From positions 6,882,001 to 6,946,000 of the forward strand of contig OZ004611.1 in assembly GCA_963924565.1 (NCBI GenBank): a DNA stretch of 64,000 nt, read 5' to 3'. The notes beneath the pieces were generated by a model. It was given only the letters and a program-made list of their open reading frames with translations. It did no database searches and was not told the DNA's origin. This document shows, one piece after another, positions 53,572-64,000 of the stretch. Numbering within the stretch: the first letter of the stretch is position 1; each line of letters begins with the position of its first letter. The position numbers and the translations under genes were made by a program. Source of the DNA: Ascidiella aspersa (Eukaryota).

Positions 53572-53920
53572 TGTGGGTTTAAACACAAAGAAAGGATATT
53601 TATTGCAATTAAACAAACGACAAACGTTACTTTACACAGATACTTACGATACATACATACATACAATAATTACCTCCGTATAACGTACGCGATCTGGACT
53701 CCACAATGAACAGTATGCAAGACTGCTATTTTTGGTATAAAATGAAATCCCTTATATGCAGCATTCCAGCTGGCGGTAATTAAATATCGTGACAATGCGG
53801 TTCGGCGACGCATCGAAAAAGAGGAAACTCGGACAAACGACTAAACTGTCAACCGGCCAGCCTGCTTCATTTGTTTGGCCGGGGTTTCAAGCCGGTAACA
53901 ATATGGAGCGCAAACGCTAA
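53572..53920 (-). repeat. 5' LTR
   Basis: Direct repeat of 51020-51343 with reciprocal indels. Confidence 0.85.
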
Positions 53921-54559
53921 TAGTTGAAAAATGGGGGGGTATTGCTGTTACGAAAACATCTGCGTTTTCTTTGTATTCTTTGGCAGCTTTTGTATCAAGA
54001 ATCAACAAGGTTTTCCCGAAAATGCGGAGTATATGGGGACATGATTTTTGCAGAGTCGGAAATAAAAAGTATATTATACCCGCGAAGTCGGTCGTAGAAA
54101 CTTCTGTAATTGTAATGTTTCGATCCACTGATCAACTCTAAAATAGTGTAAAAATGTTTAATATGTTTGGCGGGAACTTTAGGCCGACCAATCAAATCGC
54201 TCGTTTCAAACGAAAGAAAAAAGTCGGTGACGTGACAGTGAATGGAAATATTTATTTGAGCATCCAAATAAACGAGGTTAGTAGAACCGGAAAAGTAAAA
54301 TATTTTGTTGGTTGTTAAATTCTTACGAAACGTTAAAAAAATAATTTAATTAGTTAATATGTCTGTAACTTAAGGATAGCAAAATAGAATCTGGTTTGGT
54401 TTAAATTTAATGAGTTCATAATTTTTATAAAAAAATATTAGTGTTAAGTTGTGTTTAAGTAGTCCTGCATCGAGGTATATTGATTTGATAAAACCTATAA
54501 CATGTGCCGAACTGAAATATAATCAATCAAATATGTAAATTTATGTATTTATATTGTAG

Positions 54560-55630
54560 GTTACTTGCTGCTCATATGAGGTAAAATGTCCATTTGATAA
54601 TTGTTCCAAACACTACAAAAACGTATCTTTATTTTCATCACATCTGACAAGAATTCACACACAAGTCAAGCGGTACGATGTCGGACAAGCCACACCTGAT
54701 GAATTAACTGGAGAATCAGAAGTTCCGTTGAAGAACTTTGTTCAACAAACCCCGCGCCCACAGCAAATATAAATATGATCACCAGACACTATGCTTTATT
54801 ATATATACTGTTTTGTGGAACACAAACGTCTTGTGCCCTCGTCGACCATAACTGAAATTGTTTGTCAGCTTGGCACAAACTATATGGCAATGCTAGTCAA
54901 AATTGGTGCTTATTGCGACTTATCACATTTTTTGTTGGAAAAAAGGTACAAAACTTTGACAATATTGTCTGGCAAGCAACTATTGCTCTTCAACGAATAG
55001 TGCAATTAGTTTGTGCACCCTATTTAAATGTTAATAATTTAGTTGTTCTTCAAAATGAAATTAACTTATATATTGCATTGCGCCAGTCAGCTTTTGTTCA
55101 AGTTTCTTTAAGACCCAAACATCATTATCTTTGCCATTACCCCTACCTGATACAGCAGTTTGGCCCTTTGACAAGGAGTTTGGACTTTAAGATTTGAGAG
55201 CAAGCATCGCTATGTAGTTAAAAGTTGTGGAAATTTTATAAATATTACTCAAACACTTGCCAACCATAAACAACAATGTTTGAAGAGAATATAATACTTC
55301 CTTGGTGATCCTTCAATAAATCCTAATGTGTTTTGCTTTACCAGTTCTTCTAATCTATCAACTAAAGTAATTGTTAAACTTATGGATATGTATGCTTGTT
55401 ATCCAATTCACTCTTATCTTCTTCACGGAGAAGAAATAATGTTTGTTTTAAGACAAGGCAAACATAAATTTTTCGAAATATTAAGCAACAATATAAGTGC
55501 AACAAATCAACCAACACCATACTATGAAAAATTAAAAAGTTATTCATTAACGAGCTACATTACAAATGCTGCATTGTTTCCCAAAAAAGGTATACACACT
55601 ATTGTTATTCTGCAACAAAGATACTTTTAA
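54560..55630 (+). mobile_element. CACTA/EnSpm transposase remnant with C2H2 finger (same type as 2963-5247)
   Basis: Reads CPFDNCSKHYKNVSLFSSHLTRIH and LRPKHHYLCHYPYLIQQFGPL..WTLRFESKH; the catalytic core is mostly deleted. Confidence 0.8.
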
Positions 55631-57759
55631 GAGCTATGAAATACTCAACAGGGCTATATAAAAACATATACACAATAAAAATAACTGTAAAGTAGTGTTT
55701 ATTATAAAAGTGCAAGAAAATGAAAAGTATAATTGTTTTGTTTTCACTGCTTGTTTTGAAATTGGCGTCCGATCCAGGCACTCCTGGGACACCAATTTCA
55801 GACAACTATATACATTTTGTAAATTCTATATTAATTGTATTTTACTTTAAACCAGTGGTTCCCAACCGCCGGTCCGCGTCAACTTTCCTGTCGGTCTGCC
55901 AAGTATGTTACAATTTTATATCTCACTTGCAAAATGCAAGATGTTGAAGGCTTGTCTATCACATTTTGAACTTTTTGCCATAATATAGAGTTGATGATCT
56001 ACTTTAAGCCTTTATCAAACGTCACAATGCTGCAAGTGTTGCGCCCAACTGTTTAAAAGTGGGTTATAGCTCATTAAAGTCTTAAAATTTAAGACTAGTT
56101 GTAGCTAAGAAGCCTTTTAGTTCAATACTTCTGTCGTAATTACATTTTGGTTTGATTTTTGAAGGTCCACCGGTTTTGTAGGTAACACTAGCCCAGTATG
56201 CCTCCAACCATGTTCATCGTCTGATGTTGGGAGTACTGGCATAGATGGTGACTGGTTATATAAATTCAAAATACCTTGGGACGCTTTTCCACCAAACCTA
56301 CTACTTGCGTGCAGAGAGGAGTCAATTCCAGACCCTCTCTTGCGATTAGAGAAGATGGTCAGAATTGTAACAAAGGACATATTCCGTTTTGTTGACCGAC
56401 CGAGAAAAAGAGATGTGGATAATGTAGCTTTAAATATAGTGACCAATTCGCATCTCTTTCTAATTGAAGAGTTCAAAAACGACAGGTCCCCTTCAAAGAA
56501 ATGACCTTCATTATGAGACTCTAGTGGGGCCTAGTGCAAGCAGTCTTTCAACTGCAATCAAAGAGGGGGGGTCAATTGTAATAATGCTCTTTGAATATTT
56601 TCAAACTTATGAAACACATTAAGAAATGACATAATAGTTTTTTCTATAGATGCTAAAAATCAAACCATAGAGCCCAAAATAAGTCGTTCGTTATTTAACT
56701 GTAAAATATTTTGAAATCATTGGGCCTACCAAGAGTCAGTAAATAAATAAAAATTCTTATTTATTATGCTCCTCACCTTTTATAGGAATCTTTCAGCCTT
56801 ACACATTTTACTTGTGATCATGGATGACGCCTAGTGCACTCAAATTTTACACATTTTTTGTGCCAATGCATTACCACCCTCTTAAGTTCAGAGTTGTAAA
56901 TGTTTTAAGAACTTCGGGTTATAACAACAAAATTTCACCAACCTGTTATAACGATAGTTTACTGAAGATGACATTTTTCCTTGGTGTTCATTTTTACTTT
57001 TGCTGAGTTGAACATTAAACAAATAAAAGAAAAACTGAAATTAAAACCAAACACACAGTTGGCTCTTTTTTTAAAGAAGAGGTGGTGTCCGATTTATACA
57101 AATGCTTTTTCGGTAAGTCTATCTGATTTGTTAATTGTATGACCGACAACTAAATGCTAACTAACACCATTTAAACCAGATCAATTGCAAGGAAATTTAA
57201 TAGTTATGTAAGGTTGGATAAAAGTTTTTAAGGATAATAATTGTACATTCTTAGGGTCAGATATTTGATGTAATGTATTACATAAGTTTATTTTGCGGAG
57301 CGACACTCTTTTTGAAAATATAGTTGAAGATGCACCAGCGACACCTTTTGTAGTGCTAGGTAAAGTTTTTGCTAGTAATAATGTTGTTGCAAAATTACTT
57401 AGATATATATTAGTTGCGCTATGCGATCATTTTATGAGCATGTATTTTTTCTCAACTTGGAACCTGAAACCATAAAACCAATTGTGTAGTGCCTGTATAA
57501 GGCAGGCTACAATGCTGTTAAAGCCTAACTTTAATCTTGGCCTTTTTTGATAGTATGATGACGACTCTGTTGATGCCACAAAATTTGTTGTCTTGGTAGA
57601 AAAAAATTTGGCCTGCACATTCAGTGATACAATAATCACTTAAAAATCCATTTCAAACAAATAAACGTCAAACACAGTAGTGTTCTTATCGTGTTTGCTT
57701 GCCTATTTGAAAATAGAATAAAAAAAGGAAAGTGGGGTAACTAAAAAAATGAAATTTAG

Positions 57760-57860
57760 TGTTATTAGAATTACAGAAAAAATCCTTAGAATTTTCCAGA
57801 CAATAAATTCTGTAAATATTACGAATTTCCGTAAATATTACGAATTTTTTCTTGTAATTA
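57760..57860. repeat. Short tandem motif cluster, likely transposon subterminal repeats
   Basis: gtaaatattacgaattt is repeated in tandem, with related ttacag/ctgtaa motifs nearby. Confidence 0.45.
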
Positions 57861-58033
57861 ATCAAAATAGCTCTGAATAGTCATTGAGTCGTAACTAAAG
57901 CGAAAAATAAATTTGTAGAGGATTGATTCTCCACAGAGCACGCAGTAGTATTGTTTAGTAGAAGAGTTGCCGACTAGCTTTAGGCTTTGAATCTTTTCTT
58001 TTCGTTAAGTTCTTAAGTTTTAAACTATTTTTT

Positions 58034-58975
58034 TTACTCGCCGAACAATTTTACTTTTTTACCGGAGAGCTCGTCAAAATTCTGGATGTAATTTTGGCAA
58101 TGGGCAGAGGAGATATGTCTACCAAAACCCTCTCTGGGAATTTTGATGTTGGGGAAAAAAGTCTTGCATATAGTAGACAGGCTCTTAATCTGTGGTTGGA
58201 CTAATAATATCATGCTGACTGACTGGAATAACTTTATGGTCAACGGAAGTAATATTCTGGCTTTCTATCTGTGTAACTATTTTCTTGTGTACTTTCGATT
58301 CCTGTGTCTATGCTGCCGCAAATTCTGCATCTTTAAAAATACATCAGGGTTGTTGTATGGCACAATCCCCGCTGACCTGAAGCCACTTACAGAATTGGTC
58401 ATGGAAGCAGCTCGTAAACAGGGATGCTATGTGCATCTTGAACTCGTTGACCCACATGACTTTGCCATCCATTTATCTATTTCTTGAAAGTAGTAGGTAG
58501 GTTTTGACAGGACCAACATTTATGTACGGTTCAAAGGCTGCAGGCGATGGGAGGTGGGATTAAGAACACAGCTCTCTTTTATTCCATTCTTGTTGGTAAG
58601 TACAGATGGCTGTCGTGATTGTCAAGGGAATTAACAGAGGTATGAAAATGCATCACCCATTAAAAAAATATTTTGCCGTCCATCCAGAAGAAGAAGCAAA
58701 ACCTTTTGAGCCTTGTGGTGGTGCTTCATTAAGGAAGGACCAGCGCACTCATGGCGCAAACTGTTATTGTTTTCAGCACTGGTCACTTTGCCCACTTGCT
58801 TCATCCCTTTTGCTGCAATAATGGCACTTGGTTTTTGAACGCAAGTTAAAACGCTCAAACTTGTACTTGGTTCAGGTTTCCTAACAGTCAGACTTGGGTG
58901 TCTTTTCAAAAAGCTATTTATTAGCCAGTCATTTCCTGCTTTCTTTTTCTGGTTGTTGAAAGAAACTTGCATGCT
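58034..58975 (-). mobile_element. pogo-family (CENP-B/DDE_1) transposase remnant
   Basis: Reads AGNDWL..FLKRHPSLTVRKPE, VQKPSAIIAAKGMKQVGKVTSAE and SSGW, with a Cys-containing C-terminal remnant. Confidence 0.75.
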
Positions 58976-59692
58976 GTTGGGTTTAGTGCAGTTCTGAAAC
59001 GACCTAACTTTGCATCATCCCCCCAGGCTTGAATACCGCCGAAAACTTGATAATTTCAACTGTTTTGAATAACAGTCTGTAACTTCAACTTTGCGTTAAC
59101 TCTTGTAAACAGCCCATTATTTTACTATACTGTCCTTATATATCAAAATACTCCAAAACTTATATTTCCCCTCACTGGTTCAATGTCAAATATATCTGTG
59201 ATTGCTTGACCCAAGCGTTTCCTTGACATTTGTCACGGTTCAGTCAACAAATGGTGGCGCTAACTTATCTCAATCCACGAACCCACATATTTTTCCATCT
59301 GAGCACAACATTTTTTTTGACTAACTTAAAGCAGTGCAGTGTAATAGTGTTATCTAATTAGCATATTTATAATTTTTTTCTTTTTATTGTAAATTTTTTT
59401 TCTTTTTTTGAGTTCGGAGGGTCAAACGAACCCCACATATAGCCCCTCTGTACTAAATACTACACTATTATTAGTGTAATTTATTTTGCACTAGTTTTTT
59501 AATTACATTAATTATAGTACAGTATTTAGTACCCACACTATACATGCGACATATCCCGCTCTCTTTCATCGCTTCCTCTACCATGTTAATCATCTGAAAG
59601 TCCTCTTCTTCTAGTTCTTCTTCTTTTTTATCTTGCTCACATGTGCATTGAGCGCACATGCCATTATTGACCCATCATTTCCAATAGTGGAG

Positions 59693-60415
59693 CTATTGCT
59701 CTCTCCGCGAAGCCCGTGGCAATATCTCCACACGTGATTTCTTCGCGGATACTTCTTCTTTTTCTTCTTCTTCTTCTGACGTGGGGTACGACCTTTTCGT
59801 ACTTCTACTGCTAGTACTGCTCTGACTGCTTTCTTCCTCTTGCTCTTCCTCTTCTTCGTCACTTATATCCTCGTCGATTAGATGTGCTACCTTTCGCACA
59901 TATTCCGCTATTTCTATTAGTGATGGTTGTACTGCCATTTCCCTGTTTTCCAACTTGTCTACCAATTCCGATGTTATCTCCATTAATAGCTCATCAGTGA
60001 GGTCCGATGTTATCCTCTTTTGTGCTCCTAGTTGTGGGCTTTCGCTTTGCTCCGTCCACTCTGCTGTAACAAAGCGTCTGCGCATTGGAGCCATATCTTC
60101 TAACCCTGCCATCTTCTTTACCAGTGGATGTGAAGCATTCGTCGTTATGAACGCGCAGGTCGCCTCGTTGTCCTGCCGGTCGCCGTGTGTTTTAGCGCTC
60201 CACGCATTGTGGTGCATAAATTTCACGGCGGCCAGCAGGGCATCGTTGTTGAAAAAGGCGTTGCCTGCGTCGTCCACTTTTAGCACTTTATGTCGGAACC
60301 GCAGCGCCATTTGTCCCACCCCCTGGGAATCGTTGGTTAAGATTGATGCATACTCGACTGGAAAAATGAATTTTCCCAGGAATGTTTTGCCCTTCCCAGC
60401 GACCCCGTGGAGCAT
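59693..60415 (-). pseudogene. SF3 helicase domain of a viral NS1/Rep-like protein (5'-truncated)
   Basis: Walker A GVAGKGKT, Walker B VLKVDD, motif C FITTN, arginine finger PMRRRF, then an acidic tail and basic KKSR. This is the longest ORF in the window (240 aa). Confidence 0.85.
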
Positions 60416-60519
60416 GATGTGGGTACTCTATTCCTCCTGTGCCTCACTTCGTGCCTCGAGTCCCGCTTGTACCATTACTAATAATAGCTCATCGGTACCA
60501 TTACTAATAATAGCTCATC

Positions 60520-61034
60520 CGATAGTCTTGCGCGCTTAGCCGTTGGTTCCCCAGTTTCCATGAGTGATTGGGAATTGATGGATAAATCTTCCATCGCTTC
60601 ATTCATTGGGCTTTCTACAGGGCTGTTTCTTGGTATGTTGGCGGCGGTTGTTGTTGTTGCAGCTGTTCCTGATGGCCTTGTTCTGTTGTAGTTCTGTATC
60701 TGCGGCCAATTCTTCTCAGTTCGCGCTTTTTTCGCAGGGGGCATGTGAGGTAGCATTGCTTTTTTAGCTTTGAACACACCACGCACGATAGTGCTACTAA
60801 TGCCAGGAATGTTAGCGCTATCTCTGAGTAGATCACTATCCGCAGAATTAAATGTCCAGTTCGTATTGTTTGTCGTGTTTGTCGTGCTTCGTATTGTTTG
60901 TCGTGCTGTTTGCAAGCCTCATCAAGCGCTCCTCCTGTCGTGTCTTCTCCAATTGCATTGAACGGTCCGCAATGGGGGTGCCCTGGGATTGTTATTCCTC
61001 CTGTCGCAAGTTTACTGCTCGACTTCCACTTCAT
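60520..61034 (-). pseudogene. Viral phospholipase A2 (VP1u/PLA2X-like) ORF with NLS-like tail, frameshifted
   Basis: Reads PGHPHCGPFN..LDEACKQHDKQYE and, after a small tandem duplication, WTFNSADSDLL..VFKAKK..MPPAKKAR..EPTAKRAR. Confidence 0.85.
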
Positions 61035-63109
61035 ACTGATTCTAAACCGACAATCTGAATTACTAGATAATATTGGTATTTTGGAGTTCTAACAACCTGT
61101 CGATATTTGTGCCATTAATTGAAAAATAACAATCAAACTTTTAACTGTAAACTTTAACATAATTTTAATAAACAAATCTTATTAGAGAGTTTACTAAGAA
61201 AACAACATTCATAATTGGGCATTTGTTTGGAGAATTTTTTTGCCTGTATTAAAATCCCAACAAAAAAATCAGCTTCCAGACATTTTGTTAGATAACAAGA
61301 CCTTTTTTCAGCTTTAGGAAAAATTAATTACAAATTGGTTACGTGCTTAAATCCTAGAAATGACCTGTGGAACTGTTTTTAAAATTTTTTCAATCAGGAA
61401 TGATGTTTTTTCTAACTACCTATTCTGTTTATATATTTAACCATTCAATAGGTTACAGTCTAACAGTTTGTTGTAACTTGTAAAGTAAAGAGGGATTTTG
61501 CTACCAATAGCACTTACACTTTTCAGTTTTAGTCAGATATTGATATGTTTGCCCACAATATACTTTAATATTTACTGTCAGATAATAACAACTTATATAT
61601 AAACTTGATGGTAGATTCCAAAGACAACTGCTTTCAAGTTAAGCACACAACACGCTACTATCTCACAGACTAATGTTGCTTGATCAACGATTAATTCAAA
61701 CGTTCCAAGAATGCTACATACTACTACTCTATGGGCTTTGATTAAAATAATTAGCCTTAGTAGTGGGCGTTTACCATAATTTGGCGCAGATGTACAAATT
61801 AAAAACTTCAGTCGATCTTAAAACAACAACCAGTGTTTTGCTTTTAAAGCATTCGCCACGAGTGGGTGTGGGTCAACAGCACTCGTTAAATTAAAATTTG
61901 TACTCGTCAGTTGTTTGAATGTGAACCAATCAGAACTCCCCCCCCCCCCTTATTTTGATGATTCAAACTAATTCTTAACCCAGTTTTGCCTCTAATGATA
62001 AAACTCTAGAACCCTTTAAAACAATATACCACCGTACACTATATAATTAAAGTTATTTGTTTATGATTGATTACATTTTGTATGACATTTAAGCTTCTGA
62101 ATGAGATGAAATGTCTCTTTGGAATTGATGTACAAAACAAGTTAATATTGGAACAAAAGTTACTAAAATTTTTGTGGGGGGTCATAATGCTAGTCTGATT
62201 TTGTTTTAACTTTATCTGTTGCAAAAGAATGTTACAAAATTTGCAAGAATGTTCGGGTTTATGCCATAATAAGCATGCACGGTTTGTACTAGATAATCAT
62301 TAGCTTCGGCCATTTATTGGAAACAGGAGTGTGTTCTCTTGCGACTCCCAGATTGGGAAGAACTGTTTCTACACTGACAGCAATTAATCACAATCGACCA
62401 ATGTATATTGCAATGAAAAATTATCTTTCAAATGGTTAACATTTTACTTCTATTTAAAGCAGTTGTGTAAATTGTGATGCATAACTACATAACAAACATG
62501 AAGGTTAGCGTTTGGGGAGAGACTCAAGGTGGCAAGTCAAGTAGTGGAGTTAAAGGCGTCCTCACTATGATGAATTTAACTGTAAAAAGGAGAAGACAAA
62601 CACAGCTTGCGTTTCCATGTGAAGGTAAGGACGACAAGCGCTGTCTTTGGATTGCGGAAAAGCGAAAAAACGCCCTCTTGGTAAAACAGAGGCATGCTGT
62701 TTCAGAAGTATACTGAGAATACCAGTGTCATCACTAGGGCCATTTTTATTTTGACCTAAAAAAAAAAATTTTATTTTTTTATCAAATTTTAACTCTTTAT
62801 TTTAGCATAACGAAATTGCTTGTTTGTAGAGGCCACAGTTCTTCCTTGAATTGATGCCAGTTAGCCAAACATAATATTATGGATTTAGCTTGCTTAGGCA
62901 TTTTTGTATTACAGAATGTCAGCAGGCTATTCCTAAAATCCAAATTGTTGATCTTCTAAAAGACCACATTTATGAAGATGAAGTGTTTTATAAAAATTAT
63001 TTAAATACGTAACAATAAATGAAACACTGGACAATTTGCATAAAAAGTTACTGCTGATCAACTTTGTCATGTAATTTGACTAATTATTTTAACCTATAAA
63101 CTTCTTAGA

Positions 63110-63615
63110 AAGAGTACCCTAGGTGCTGAAAACAACTTTATTATTCTTTGATTCGTGGACAGGGGAGGTCCTTAAAAAGATTTTGCGGGCCCTAGTCATC
63201 ACCTAAAAATGTGAAAACCAAGGAAAGTTCTTGGTCGGGGAGAGAGCCACAAGCGAAGAAGGCTCGCCGTCGCATTAATCGAAAGTTTTGCGATTGAGTT
63301 TGACAGGGCTTTTAAGGTTTACGGAACCAGGTGGTAGTGACGCTCTGACATATTTCTGCTCAGAAAGAAAGGGGTGTCTACCATGAAACCCAAGTTCACT
63401 AACAAAAGAAACTTTAAGCTGATCACGAGTTACATGAAAGAAAGACAATAAATTCTACAATTGTTGAGTGATCAGTTTTGGAAAAGCTGGTTGGAACCGA
63501 TAAGAAACTTCAAAGACGGGGACGTTGTGTTAGTATATAGGACTGGTCGAGGAGGTCATTTCTGATCAGCTGTACGGAGAGTTCAAGTCCGAACACGTGA
63601 GGGACATTCGAAAGC
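63110..63615 (+). mobile_element. BEL/Pao retrotransposon integrase C-terminal remnant (DUF5641-like)
   Basis: Reads DQFWKSW..RNFKDGDVVLV..GLVEEV..VRRVQVRT. A possible 3' LTR starts at tgtgg near 63630 but is not confirmed. Confidence 0.7.
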
Positions 63616-64000
63616 GGTGCTTGCTGGAATGTGGTTAAGTTTTTGCTTTCATTGCATGTTGTTTCTATTTGTAAGCTGCTCATTCTTTTCATTTCATTAT
63701 CCCCACATGTCATTTTTGCAAATACCTATGTGAACCTTATCTTGCCTAATTTTTCACCTTACATGCCAACATTCCGAATACCTGCTATTGTGTCTTGTGT
63801 ATCCTTTTTGTACTTGCTTTTACCTCCTAGAACAAATATTGGTTCAAATTTGGAGATTTATTTTTATATCAACAACATTGAAACTGTGCATTTCCACTCG
63901 TTGTATGTCATATATATGTGTTTTGTTGTGAAAATTGTTTCAAATTTGACTTAACAGCTGTTTCTTTTAAACCAAGTTTTGAAAAATGTTTTCCATGCTT

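Larger units (their letters stand above)
51020..53920 (-). mobile_element. Internally deleted LTR retrotransposon, probably Ty3/Gypsy
   Basis: Two highly similar direct repeats of 324 and about 349 bp. The minus strand shows a tRNA-Trp-like primer binding site after the 5' LTR and a purine tract aaggggag just before the 3' LTR. Only weak gag/RT traces remain inside. Confidence 0.85.
59460..61110 (-). mobile_element. Endogenous viral element 2: parvovirus-like ssDNA virus (PLA2 ORF plus NS helicase half)
   Basis: Contains the two coding features below and is homologous and collinear with 43580-45615. Confidence 0.85.

Noticed and set aside
56117-56560. 119-aa ORF or coding-like segment
   Set aside because: No family could be recognised in any frame.
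59370-59410. T-rich tract as the poly(A) tail of a retrocopied viral mRNA
   Set aside because: It is separated from the EVE by a MITE-like end (59412-59450) and is interrupted, so it more likely belongs to that repeat.
59461-59478. Hairpin tacacta-ttat-tagtgta as a viral replication origin
   Set aside because: The stem is only 7 bp and AT-rich, with no NANTATTAC nonanucleotide and no counterpart seen in EVE 1.
59955-60539. 194-aa plus-strand ORF
   Set aside because: It is the antisense shadow of the GC-richer helicase gene and has no recognisable motifs.

Overview
AT-rich, intron-bearing eukaryotic DNA, probably from an invertebrate animal; the host cannot be identified from the sequence. 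No intact host gene, rRNA, tRNA gene or CRISPR array is visible. The window is a dense, nested transposable-element graveyard. It holds decayed CACTA/EnSpm elements with SAMD3-like accessory genes, several hAT elements (Buster/Charlie, ZNF862-like) and their MITEs, three PIF/Harbinger elements, and MULE, pogo/Tigger, Academ-like and Sola-like fragments. It also holds a Helitron 3' end, an internally deleted Gypsy-type LTR element with both LTRs, and a BEL/Pao integrase end. The most notable content is two divergent endogenous copies (about 43.6-45.6 kb and 59.5-61.1 kb, both minus strand) of a parvovirus-like ssDNA-virus lineage. Both show the same unusual same-strand order: end of an unknown ORF, then a PLA2 ORF, then an HUH/SF3-helicase NS gene. 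All family calls come from manual translation and motif recognition; no database search was run, and many boundaries are approximate.
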